Positions 26,000-38,800 of a DNA stretch of 50,834 bases are shown here, piece by piece. The notes below the pieces were generated by a model that was given only the letters and a program-made list of their open reading frames with translations, was not told the DNA's origin and did no database searches. The stretch is from positions 49,814,659 through 49,865,492 of the forward strand of contig JBOZIK010000001.1 in assembly GCA_051453625.1 (NCBI GenBank). Reading direction: 5' to 3'. Both the position numbers and the translations under genes were made by a program. Each line of letters opens with the position of its first letter. Position 1 is the first letter of the stretch. The DNA comes from Welwitschia mirabilis (Eukaryota).

Positions 26000-28900
26000 A
26001 ATCTTGTCTATGTTTCTTGCTCTTCTATTTCCCAATAATTAATAATATTAAAAGGTTGTCTTCAACTAGAAAATTAAATGAAGAGGAAACTTATATGTAG
26101 AGATTACTAAATGAAGGTGTTCAATTGTATGGAAAGATACTTGAAAAAAGTTAAATGAGGCCTTGCAAATTACCTTAAATAATAGTTATAAGAGTAAAGC
26201 AGTAATGCTTTTTTAAAAAGGAAGATAAAAATGAGTTTAATAGTTATACACTCGTTATGGCTAGTAACATATGAAACTATTTAACAAAAGAGTCTTGGCA
26301 TATGAGTAGAAGAGTTCAAGATTAGAGTAGTATCTCAAGTAGGATTTAGGTATAATCATTCTATCATCTTTCTACTTTGAAAGACTCTATCAATTCTATT
26401 AGGAATTCTAAGAAGAAGATTTTTATTTACTTCATTAACCTCTCTAAATGATGCCAAGATTAGAATAAACTTGTGAAAGTGATTATATGCCACTAATGCT
26501 TCTTCAAAATTAATAGTTATCATTCAAAGACTATAAGAGCAAATAAGAATTTCTCTTAATCATCATAATTCTAGAGAAATAGTTTTTTTTTCATCATTGC
26601 ATTATTATGAAGAAAGGATGCCCTCTTTCTCCAACTCTCTTTCGAATCTTCATTGATAAGATAGAAGAGTGGATCACAAATGTTAACATGAAACATTCCA
26701 TTCAAATTAGTCAGCATGACATTAGCTTCTTGTTATTTGTAGATGATGTGGTGTTGATTTTTTCTTTTAAAGCAAGTTGTTTAGGTAGTTTAGGATTTTT
26801 GTAACTACTCTCACACGAAGGTCAATGTTAATAAAACAAAGGTTATAATGCTTGGGAGTAGGAAATGAGCTTATGATTTTCAACTTAATGAAGTATAGTT
26901 TGACATAGTAAAACCTTATAAGTACTTAGAGCTGGAGTACTTAAGTAAGTAGTTATGGAACAAATGTATTCGATAACGAATTGTAGGACAAATGAAGAGT
27001 TTATTTTCCATTAGTTATCAGTGCACGAAAGAATATATTTGGATGTGAAAAATTAAAAAACATTTTTTCTATAGCATTGGTCAACCTACTATCTTGTATG
27101 ATTATGTAAGTTATGGTAAAAAAATAACTAATAAGTTATGGAACCAAAAAATAAATGAATTCAAGAGTAGTTTTTGTCACGAACTTTGGGTAAATTCTTA
27201 AATTGCGTATGATATCTCATTATTAGAAGCTAATCCGCTCCCTTGGAAAGTAAAAGCATTGTCTCAATTCACTACCTACTATTAGACACTACAAGAATAT
27301 TTTACAATGAAATATTCAAAATAAGTGATGCGAGTGACTCAAGAAAAAGGTTGAATGTATCAAGGAAAACTTTGGCTTCAAACGTGGCGTGTTCAGGAGA
27401 AAGATATATCTTGGACTAGCAAATCTCTTTACAAAACTATCAAACAAANNNNNNNNNNNNNNNNNNNNNNNNNNNNNNNNNNNNNNNNNNNNNNNNNNNN
27501 NNNNNNNNNNNNNNNNNNNNNNNNNNNNNNNNNNNNNNNNNNNNNNNNGGAAACTTATATGTACAAATTACTAAATAAAGGGGTTCAATTTCATAGAAAG
27601 ATGCTTGAAAAAAGGTTGAATGAGGCCTTGCAAATTACCTTAAATAATAGCTGGAAGAGTAAATTAGTAATGCTTTTTTAAAAAGGGAGACAAAAATGAG
27701 TTTAATAATTATACACTTATTATGGCTAGTAACATATGAAACTATTTTACAAAAGAGTCTTAGCATATGAGTAGAGAGTTCAAGGTTACAGTAGTATCTC
27801 AAGTAGGGTTTAGGTATAATCATTCTATCGTCTTTCCACTTTAAAAGACTCTATCAATTATATTAGAGATTCTAAGAAGAAGATTTTTTTTACTTCATTA
27901 ACCTCTCTAAATGATTCCATGATTAGAATAAACTTGTGGAAGTGATTATATGCCACTAATGCTTCTCCAAAATTAATAGTTATCATTCAAAGACTATAAC
28001 AGTATATAAGAATTTCTCTTAGTCATCATAATTCTAGAGAAATAGAAGAGTGGATTGCAAATATTAACATAAAACATTACATTTAAATTAGTTAGCATGA
28101 CATTAGCTTATTATTATTTGTAGATTATGTGGTGTTGGATTTTTCTTTTAAAGCAAGTTATTGTAGGTAGTTCAGGATTTTTGTAATGACTCTCGCATGA
28201 AGGTCAATGTTAATAAAACAAAGGTTATAACGCTTGGGAGTGGGAAACGAGCTTATGGTTTTCAACTTAATGGAGTAAAGTTTGACATAGTAAAATCTTA
28301 TAAGTACTTAGAGCTGGAGTACTTAAATAATTAGATATGGAACAAATGTATCAGACAATGAATTGTAGGACAAATGAAGAGTTTATTTACCATTAGTTAT
28401 TAGTGCACAAAAGAGTATATTTGAATGTGCAAAATTAAAAAACATTCGTTCTATAGCATTGTTCAACCTACTATCTTGTATGGTTATGTAAGTTATGGTA
28501 AAAAATTAACTAATAAGTTATGAAACCAAGAAATAAATGAATTCAAGAGTAGTTTTGTCAAGAATTTTGGGTAAATTCTTAGATTGCGTATGATATCTTA
28601 TTATTAGAAGCTAATCTGCTCCCTTGGAACGTAAAGCATTGTGTCAATTCCCTAACTACTATTAGGCACTACAAGAATCTTTTACAATGAAATATTCAAA
28701 ATAAGTGATGCGAGTGACTCAAGAAAAAGGTTGAACGTATCAAGAAAAACTCTGGCTTCAAACGTGATGTGTTCAGGAGAAAGATATATCTTGGACTAGC
28801 AAATCTCTTTACAAAACTATCAAACAAAGTTCTTTATAAAAAATATGGCAAAATGCCATAGGCAAAAAGGAATTTTATTTAATGAAGTAAGGGGTGGTAA

Positions 28901-30004
28901 GCTAATTCAAGGGCAGAATCACCTTATTGCAAATATCTCCCTTCAACTTAGAGTTTAAATTACTAGAATTCAAGTGGATACACATTATTTCAGAATAGAA
29001 ACAGATAGATGAGTGGTGCTATGGACTTTGCTTGAGAAAGTATATTGAAGATGAAAGTCCTGTCTTTTTGCATTGCTCCTTAATGAAACTCATTAAGGGA
29101 AAAGTGGCAAANNNNNNNNNNNNNNNNNNNNNNNNNNNNNNNNNNNNNNNNNNNNGTAATAAAATCAATTTTAGTTTAAGTTTCAATTAACTCCTCTAGT
29201 TCTTGGAGTACAAGTTAGATACTCCTTGATCAATTTCACAAGTGCTTCTTAGAAGATGGTTGTTAACACAACATATCTTTTTTGTTTAAGTCTCCATGCT
29301 AGGCCGTGCACAACTTGCAACTGGCATAGAAAGCAAAGACTACAACAATGATTTTACACTACTTGAGGATGCTATAACAAGCATAGTTGAAGCTCTTTTG
29401 CTTTAATTTATGTCATATCTCAATTTTTTGAGTATTTCCTATAACAAGCATGCTTAAAGTTCTTTTGCTTAAAGTTGTTTTGTCTTTATAGCATCATCAA
29501 GGCTTTTTAGTCTTTGACTTTCTTAGACTTGCTATGTATTTTTGATGCATTTAAAGATTACTACTAAATTATTATTTGGGTCTAACACTTATATTAAAAA
29601 AAGGTTGTATCCAAAAAGACATTATGATGGTAAAGCAGCACTCTCATAACTTTATGGTTATGATTTTAATTTTTAAAAATATCTTTTAACCAAAAGGAAA
29701 GAAAAACCTCCCCATAAACATACATGATAACAATACCTGATTGCCTAATGGAAAAATCTANNNNNNNNNNNNNNNNNNNNNNNNNNNNNNNNNNNNNNNN
29801 NNNNNNNNNNNNNNNNNNNNNNNNNNNNNNNNNNNNNNNNNNNNNNNNNNNNNNNNNNNNGAAACTCATTAAGGGAAAAGTGGCAAATTGTTGTGAGTTC
29901 CCTTTATGATCTTTTTACCCCTAAGTCTCTCCCTTACAGTTGGGCCATTGTATTAAAGATGTGTTTCAAGCTCATATGATGTATATCAATTCTATCTAAT
30001 AAAT
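26000..30004 (+). mobile_element. Decayed non-LTR retrotransposon RT plus C-terminus, RTE/RTEX-like; present twice
   Basis: LFKK.DKNEFNSYTLVM, SQVGFRYNHS, MKKGCPLSPTLFRIFID (26607), LLFVDDVVL, KVNVNKTKVI, YKYLELE; C-terminus HYFRIETDR* then C..LC...IEDESPVFLHC (~28980-29080); putative 3' end near AATAAAT at ~30000. Confidence 0.8.
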
Positions 30005-30685
30005 CCTATGGGTCTCCAATATGCAATAAAATCGGTTTCAATTTAAGTTTCAATTAACTCCTCTAGTTCTTGGTGTATGAGTTAGATACTCCTTGTTCAA
30101 TTTCACAAGTGCCTCCTTAGAAGATGGTTGTTAACACAACATATCTTTTTTGTTTAAGTCTCCATGCTAGGCTATGCACAACTTACAACTGGCATAGAGA
30201 GCAAAGACTATGAGAGTGATTTTATACTACTTGAGGATGCTATAACAAGCATACTTGAAGTTCTTTTGGTTTAATTTATGTCACATCTCAGTTTTTCGAG
30301 TATTTCCTATAATAAGCATGCTTAAAGTTCTTTTGCTTAAAGTTGTACTGTCTTTATAGCATTATCAAGGCTTTTTAGTCTTTGACTTTCTTAGACTTGC
30401 TATGTATTTTGGATGTATTTAAAGATTACTACTAAATTGTTATTTGGGTCCAACACTTATATAAAAAAGGGGTTGTATCTGAAAAGACGTCATAATGGTA
30501 GAGCAGCACTCTCATAACTTTATGGTTATGATTTTGATTTTTAAAAACATCTTTTAACCAAGGGAAAAAAAAAAAAAAAACCTTCCATGTAAACATACAT
30601 GATAATAATACATGATTGCCTAATGGAAAAATCTACTTTTGGAATTTCAGCCATTTAAAATTTTCATCTGGAAAGGCTTCTTTTA

Positions 30686-30744
30686 AAAAACAAATTTCAG
30701 GCATTTCGATTTTTCAAAAACAAATTTCAGGCATTTCGATTTTC
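30686..30744 (+). repeat. 30-bp direct tandem duplication upstream of the cyclophilin start
   Basis: AAAAACAAATTTCAGGCATTTCGATTTT occurs at 30686 and 30716, with a degenerate third copy at ~30641-30668. Confidence 0.85.
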
Positions 30745-30865
30745 ATCGTAGGTATAACACCCGTCGTTTCAAGTTTCTGTTAGTGATATCACTGGTGCGT
30801 AGGGGCCAAGGCTTGTTGCTTTGTGAGCATCAGCTTCGCCCACGAAAGCCGCAGCAGCAGAAGCA

Positions 30866-31265
30866 ATGGGAAGCACAGAGGGTCCTCCAGAGGTCACTTT
30901 AGAGACTTCGATGGGAGCAATCACCGTGGAGGTGTGAAAGTTGCTTTCATTTGATCACTCTTTCATCCATGCCATAGTTCTAAAATTGATAAACAATCTT
31001 GTGTCGCAAATTACGTCTCAGCTCTATAACAAGCACGCTCCCAAGACGTGCAGAAACTTCTTGGAGCTTTCAAGGAGGGGCTATTACAACAATGTTAAAT
31101 TTCATCGTATTATTAAGGTTGCCTTTATGATAGTTTTCGTGTTTTGTTCACTCTTTTCTTCTGTATTTGCTCATTGCGACGTATTTTCTTTGATCCTTCT
31201 CAGGATTTCATGGTGCAAGGCGGGGATCCAACTGGTACAGGAAGAGGAGGAGAATCCATTTATGG
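30866..31265 (+). CDS. CYP18-2: Peptidyl-prolyl cis-trans isomerase, cyclophilin CYP18-2 / PPIL1-like; coding exons 1-3 only (gene 3'-incomplete in window)
   Basis: Exon 1 30866-30931 ([22 protein letters not shown]); GT..AG intron 30932-31021; exon 2 31022-31117 (LYNKHAPKTCRNFLELSRRGYYNNVKFHRIIK); GT..AG intron 31118-31203; exon 3 31204-31265 ([21 protein letters not shown]), then GT donor at 31266. The spliced frame is open and matches the plant CYP18-2/PPIL1 N-terminus ([38 protein letters not shown]). Confidence 0.95.
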
Positions 31266-32137
31266 GTATATTCTGCTGATTTACATTCACTAAATTTTAA
31301 ATTCCCCTTTCTAATTACGATTTTGTCAATCGAATCTGCCTAAAAACTTTGTCTTTCTCACGGAAAGCCGGGACTTCACTATTACGTGTTCTGAGACATG
31401 AAAACTTTTTGTTATAGACATTCAAGACTGACAAATTTTCTTAATTGCGAAGAGTATAAAGCATTACAGCCGTCCCTTTGCACCAGTAATTTTCTCTCTT
31501 GGCTATCCAAACTCCAATGCCTGCCTTGTTTTACCTGCGTCTTCCCAATTCCTTTCCTCTTTACGGTTCCTATGTAAGTCGTTCGGACGCTACTTTAGAA
31601 ATACTACAACCTGTTTGTGGGGTAGTTTGAGCAAAAAATTGGAGTGGGTAGTCTGCCAAAAATGAGCAGCCGCACAGTAAGAGTACAGTAGGATTTTACG
31701 AACCTATGGCACACCTTTACCCAACGATGTGCTCTATACACCCTCTTACTAATGATTAGTATGCTAAACAGTTTATTTGAAAGCATTTGTTAAGTCTTTA
31801 AATGTTCTATGTCAGTGGCCCTTATTAGGATATGTAAGATGAATTTTTATGTTTAACGTAATGCATTGTTATATTCCGGGAATTCATTTGTAACTTTATA
31901 GGGTTTACATAGAACATGCCTAGCCTCTGTTATTAGCAGTTCTCTTACTGACATGCAACACCAAGAGAACTGTTAATCACTTGTACTTGATTGATAAGTG
32001 ATCAGTAATTTCTGTTCTATTGGATGCGTGCAGCATTCCCACTTTTATATTCACCATCAAACATATTTCTTATGTGTAACATGCTAGGCCTAAAGATAAA
32101 TAGCCATGTGACAAATGATTGAAAGAGATTTTCATTG

Positions 32138-32674
32138 TGTTAGATTTACTGTTAAATTGCATCTAGAAATCAGCAGCAGAAAAACAGAAAACACAGAGAA
32201 TTTAGGAAAGATTGATATAAGACTTGTAATATAAATGAAATGTAACAAAATTTTTACGATGACACAAAATGTTCTCAGTCAAATCAAAAAGGGTCTCTCT
32301 ATGGCTAAAATACTTCACGTATAAGCAGAATAAATATCACTCATGCACAGTGATTGTTTAATTGCAAGCAAACACACCCAAGACGCTCATTATAACTATG
32401 TGTTTGACTACATTGTGTGTGAGATAATACCATTCATCCATAAAATCCCAATATAGAGCCACAATTAAGCAGTCTTAACTCTAACTCAAGTATGGAATTG
32501 ACAGACACTGCATTAACTAAAACTCTAGTTGCACCACCAGTGAGAGCCCTATAAACTTTTTAGATCAAAATTATAACTTCAGTGTACCATGAAGTGGCAT
32601 TAAAAACTCAATTTTGAAAATATATAGGTTTTGAAAAATAAAAAAACAAAAAGAGTTAGCTTCAGCTTCTAACA
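32138..32674. mobile_element. Possible solo LTR in cyclophilin intron 3
   Basis: TGTTAGA (32138) ... TCTAACA (32674) inverted termini and LTR-like composition; no clean TSD. Confidence 0.35.
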
Positions 32675-34937
32675 TGTAAATTATTACCCATCTAATAGCA
32701 ACAGTTTATCATGTCCCTTGTTAAGTACATCAATCTCTAACAGAACTTAACACTCAAGCAGTTCAACTCTTGCATGTCCTAAGGCAACAGGAATATCACA
32801 AAGCCAAGCTGCCTCGAAGATTGATAGCAGAAGTTATGGACTCCAACGTCTTAGGTTTGAATCACATGGTGTGTTGGTTGGCTCGTGGTTTTTGGTTCTT
32901 ACTAATGTCTTCAATATGCGCTAGGGTGTGGGTTGCAAAGTCTTGGGTATTNNNNNNNNNNTCAATAATACTATTGATGCAAATTCCCTTCCCTCGGCTT
33001 GGAAGGGACAACAATGCCTGCTTTCTAGGGTGAGGCCCTGGACTTGTTTAAGGGAGTAGCTGGAAATTAGGTACTCGATATGATTTCCCTTAGGGTATAA
33101 AATAACCAGGACTAGGGTTAGAGCAAAGGGGCTGTGCCTAGTAGAGAAAATCCTCACAAAAAGGGAAAAGTAAACAAATAAAGCAAAAGAGGGTAAAGGG
33201 TCAAAGAGAAGGGAGGAGAGGGGAAGGTGGAATATATCTTGGATATGGGAATAGAGGTTCCTAGCGAGTCTCCTCCCAAGGCTGGAGCATAGGATAGGGC
33301 GAGGTTCTAAAAAGGAAGATAGGATACACCTGAGGATGGCCTTCTTCAACTGATACACAATATAGATTCTTCCTCACAGGAAAGAGGTTGCCTCAAACAA
33401 GGTGCTCTTTTCACTCACTCTGAGGTGCTTATACAACATCGAGTGTCAAGATGTATAGAAGGAACTCTTTATTCCAACAAGTACTCAAAAAAACATTGCT
33501 CTCTCTTTCTCATCTTCTTTGAAAGGCAGTTATATTATAATCGTGTTCCTCCATGGAAGGAGAGGAGAGTAGCAGTATAGATTGGAAAACAAAATGACGA
33601 AACTGGAAGAAATTGAGAGAGACATATGAGAAGAGGAAATCAACTGGTTCTTCTGGTGTCTTCTGTTAATGGATAAGGTATCCTCTTACTAATCTGGATT
33701 GAGAACTGTCTATAAGGCTGAGATAGTTATATAGAACATAGATAGGGAAGGGACCTCTAGCTTATGGTGAGATTACAAGCCTAAATGTGAATTTAGGGAA
33801 CAAGGAGAAAACGTAGTGAGAGCCCTCCAGATATGAGCAGGAGAGAAGGGAAGAGACTACCCCTTTGAGCTANNNNNNNNNNNNNNNNNNNNNNNNNNNN
33901 NNNNNNNNNNNNNNNNNNNNNNNNNNNNNNNNNNNNNNNNNNNNNNNNNNNNNNNNNNNNNNNNNNNNNNNNNNNNNNNNNNNNNNNNNNNNNNNNNNNN
34001 NNNNNNNNNNNNNNNNNNNNNNNNNNNNNNNNNNNNNNNNNNNNNNNNNNNNNNNNNNNNNNNNNNNNNNNNNNNNNNNNNNNNNNNNNNNNNNNNNNNN
34101 NNNNNNNNNNNNNNNNNNNNNNNNNNNNNNNNNNNNNNNNNNNNNNNNNNNNNNNNNNNNNNNNNNNNNNNNNNNNNNNNNNNNNNNNNNNNNNNNNNNN
34201 NNNNNNNNNNNNNNNNNNNNNNNNNNNNNNNNNNNNNNNNNNNNNNNNNNNNNNNNNNNNNNNNNNNNNNNNNNNNNNNNNNNNNNNNNNNNNNNNNNNN
34301 NNNNNNNNNNNNNNNNNNNNNNNNNNNNNNNNNNNNNNNNNNNNNNNNNNNNNNNNNNNNNNNNNNNNNNNNNNNNNNNNNNNNNNNNNNNNNNNNNNNN
34401 NNNNNNNNNNNNNNNNNNNNNNNNNNNNNNNNNNNNNNNNNNNNNNNNNNNNNNNNNNNNNNNNNNNNNNNNNNNNNNNNNNNNNNNNNATTTCGTCCTT
34501 GGGAGGTGCCAGAAGTCGAGATCCGACAGTTGGGGGAGGCTAACTTGGGTGTGAAATTCCATGACTTCCACACCCTCTGCGTAGATCTGGATGAGATTAC
34601 ACACCTCGGGTGTGCAATCTAAGTGAGGTTTGGGAAAAAAGGGGAGAAGGGGAGGGAGAGGGAGAAAGAGGAAAGGAGGGAAAAAGGTAGGGGAAGGAAG
34701 AGATGTAAGGAGTAGGAGAGAGACAAGAAGAAAAGGAAGGAGAAAAGGGGAGGGAGAAGAGTGAGGGGTCCCTCAGGTGCAAGGGGTCGGGTTGGTATCT
34801 AATAGGTATGAATCACACTAAAGAGATGAAAAGTTGGTGGCCAGCTCTTATGTTAGCAAGGTCTTGTTGAGTTTTTATTTGGCTAAGCAAACTAGTGACG
34901 TTGCTAAGTGCGATACAATTTCCTATGAATTAATTTC

Positions 34938-35838
34938 TATTAGAAAAAGTCTTGTCATTGATGCCCCTTTGGAATTGGTCTTTGGTGTTATCTTAAGTCT
35001 TGTTTTAGGTTGGGGTGAGTGGGTCTCTGGTGACTACAACCTAAAGACTTGGTGGTCTTTCCTCTTGGAAATTGAATTAGCTAAGGGCAACTGAACAATA
35101 TTTGAGGTTGATAGGGTTCAAGTTAGCTGAGAACCCCTATAAAAAAACCAAATCTTTTGAGGGCGACTGAGCATTTTCTGAGGTTGACCAGATTCAAGTC
35201 GTTTGATAAACACTATACGAAGACTAAATTTTTGCAGGGCGATAAATCAACTAGTTCTTTAATTTTTTTAATGAATGTTAGCACACTCTAGTTCGTTTTG
35301 GGCAAGATCTAGGGAGCTGGAGATCATTTTGAAGTTATCAAATCAATCAAAAAACCCTAGGAACTTAAATAGAACTAAACATTTCTTTTAGGGTCAATGT
35401 TTCCTTTGTAAAAACCATTTTGGATTTTCTAAAATCTTTCTCAGTGTGCTATCCTGTGAAAATTATGCTTCGCTTCAACCCATCATTGTATCATCAAGAT
35501 TTCAAAGCTCTTTTTCTTTATGATTAACTAGGAATGACATAGTACAGTTGTGCATATCTCACATTCCATGTCTATCCTTTTGTAAGGTTTTGTGGATTTG
35601 CCCTAAAATCCATGGGCTAAGGGCAAGGTTTTATGGTGAATCTAGAAAATTGTTTAATGGAGTAATATAATCCAGCTAAAGACGCTTTGTCTGTTGGCTA
35701 AAGAGTGGTTGCTAGCCACTATTAACAAAATCTCCCTTTTTGTCTTTTGTTGATAGTTATAGTTTTTATTGGCATGGGGATCATATACCCAATATAAATC
35801 ACCCTAGTCACCCACCTCTAGCGCTGATCCTTCTTTCA
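34938..35838 (+). repeat. 5' LTR of the Sirevirus-like element
   Basis: Starts TATTAGAAAAAGTCTTG (TG mutated to TA), matching the 3' LTR start TGTTAGAAAAAGTCTTG at 42968. Ends CTGATCCTTCTTTCA as the 3' LTR does at 47722, and is followed by the PBS. Confidence 0.9.
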
Positions 35839-35899
35839 ATTGGCATCAAAGCTAGGTAGAGCAAAAGATTCTAATAGATCTTTGCTTAATTACCTTAAG

Positions 35900-38800
35900 A
35901 TGCGTNNNNNNTATAGAAGGTAACTCCATCCCAAGGCCACCATTGGTTGGTAGGTCTAAATATGCATTTGGAAGGCCAAGATGAGAGTTTTTGTTTAGTC
36001 CATTGATCTAGATATTTGGGAATGCATTGAATAAGGGCATTATCTTCCAACCACCATTAACTATTCAGGAAACACCGTACTGAAAAACAAGGATAAATGG
36101 TCTTTCGCTGATAGAAATGTAGCAAATCTTAACTTGAAGGGTTTAAATGCTTTTTTTCCTACTCTGGTCCTAANNNNNNNNNNNNNNNNNNNNNNNNNNN
36201 NNNNNNNNNNNNNNNNNNNNNNNNNNNNNNNNNNNNNNNNNNNNNNNNNNNNNNNNNNNNNNNNNNNNNNNNNATCTTGAGGAGAGGAGTGGGTAATTAT
36301 GAAGGGTGCTAGTTTCCATCTAAGTTATGGCTTTTGGTGTGATGGTAATGGGCCAACAATTGGTGTTAGAGCCATGGTTTCGGCATGGTTTTGAGTTTGA
36401 ATCTCCTCGGTGCCTTCCTGGTTCATTTGAGCACTCGGAATGTGGATCGATTGGGAGATTGTTGGATACCCAGAATATCCATGAAGAGTCTTCTTATTCA
36501 AACTGCTCTTAAAGTGGCTAATCACACTTGCTAGTAGCTTGATAGTGGATGTTCTAGACACGTGACAAGTAAGGAATTAAGCTTTATCACTTTCAAGGAA
36601 TATGGTGGTGGAGAAGTGACATTTGAAGATAATGTTAAGGCAAGGATTGGAGGCATGGGATGCATTGGTGGAGGTAATCTACCTAAGATAAATAGTGTTT
36701 TATACGTGAATAGTGTCAAGCATAAGTTGTTAAGTATAAGTCAAATTTGTGACAATGGTCATAAAGTATTCTTTGACAGTAATAAGTGTATTGACATAAA
36801 GCCACAGATCAACTTTTTCTTGAAGCCAAGAGGCAAGATAATTTATATTGTGTTACCCAATTCTTTTGAAAATCTTTGCATGACAGCTCAAATTCAAGAT
36901 GATGTTCTATGGCATCAAAGATTGGGTCATCTAAACTTTGATAATTTGAAGAAGATATGCAATGGTGTATGGTAGAGGTTTACCTAAAATTTCGTTTACT
37001 AATCAATGTTTTTGTGATGCTTGGCAAAAAGGGAGATAGATTAGGACTTCTCAAAAGAGGAAGAGTGATATTAGTCATATTACCACAAGTATGCCTCCGG
37101 ATCTCACTCACATGGATCTTGGTGGACCAGGACCAATTCGAATGGTAAGTTTGTAAGGTAAATGTTACTTCTTAGTTATGGTTGATGGCTACTTTAGATT
37201 TACTTGGGTAGCCTTTTTGCAAGCAAAATTTGATGCTTATGGTGCCTTTGTGAAAATTTGCAAAAAGTTACAAATTGAAAAGGGATATATTATTAAAAGA
37301 ATTAGAAGTGATCATGGTGGTGAATTTGAAAATGCTCAGTTTGAAAAATATTATGCTAATAATGGTATTGAGCATGAATTTTTAGCCCCCAATACTCCTC
37401 AACAAAACGGGGTGACAGTAAGGAAAGGTGTACTCTTCTGGACATGGGAAGAGTTATGTTAACCAACAAGGAAGTTCCAAAAAGTTTCTGGGGTGANNNN
37501 NNNNNNNNNNNNNNNNNNNATCATCAATAGAATTTATTTGAGGTCTAGAACTGACAAAACTCCTTCTGAGCTCTAGAAAGGTAAGAAACCAAAGATATCA
37601 TACTTCAAAACCTTTGGTAGCAAGTGCTTTATATTGAAACATCCCGAGAACATGGCCAAGTTTGACTCAAAAGCAAATGAAGGTATTTACTTAGGATACT
37701 CTCTTTCAAGTAAGGCCTACAGAGTGTACAACAAGCATGCACTTCATGTGGAAGAATCTATCAATTTAAAGATTAATGATGTTCTTGGTAAAACTAAAAT
37801 TTCTAATGAAAGTGTTGATTTAGCACCTCCAAATTTTTATTTTGACAAAGTCTATTCTATGTCTAAGCGTTCAGATGAGGCAAGAGAGCTCAAGGATCAT
37901 CTTCTAGCTTCAGTCATTGGAAATGTTGAGCAACATGTAACTACTAGAAACTCTCTTAAAAATTTTAGTGCTCAAGTTTCCTTTGTGTCTCAGATTGAAC
38001 CAAAGAATTTTGAAAAAGTTGAATCAAAGCCAAACTAGATGATAGCTATGCAAGAAGGGCTAGGACAGTTTGCAAGAAATCAAGTTTGGTCTCTTGTTCC
38101 TAAACCTATTGAGAAAAATATTATTAGCACAAAATGGAGTTTTAGGGGCAAAGTAAATGACAAGACAATCATCACAAAGAACAAAGCTCGATTGGTGGCA
38201 CAAGGTTACTCTTAGGTTGAAGGTATAGATTGTAGTGTGAGATCGTTGCCTTTGTAGCTAAAGTAGAAGCNNNNNNNNNNNNNNNNNNNNNNNNNNNNNN
38301 NNNNNNNNNNNNNNNNNNNNNNNNNNNNNNNNNNNNNNNNNNNNNNNNNNNNNNNNNNNNNNNNNNNNNNTGTCCTATAAATAAGTGGGTATTGTAAATA
38401 CTTTGATATATCGAATAAAAAGGGTTTCTCCCAATATTTCTTCTAGATATGTTAAGCAACATGTAACTACCAGAAACTCTCTTAAAAATTTTAGTGCTCA
38501 AGTTTCCTTTGTGTCTCAGATTGAACCAAGGAATTTTGAAGAAGTTGAATCAAATCCAAACTAATTGATAGCTATGCAAGAAGGGCTAGGACAGTTTGCA
38601 AGAAATCAAGTTTGGTCTCTTGTTTCTAAACCTATTGAGGAAAATATTATTAGCACAAAATGGAGCTTTAGGAGCAAAGTAAATGACAAGGCAATCATCA
38701 CAAAGAACAAAGCTCAGTTGGTGGCACAATTTTACTCTTAGGTTGAAGGTATAGATTGTGTTGAGACCTTTGCCTTTGTAGCTAGAGTAGAATCTATTCA

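Noticed and set aside
30941..31279. 112-aa ORF as a standalone gene
   Set aside because: It is cyclophilin exon 2 read through the flanking introns; the spliced model explains it.
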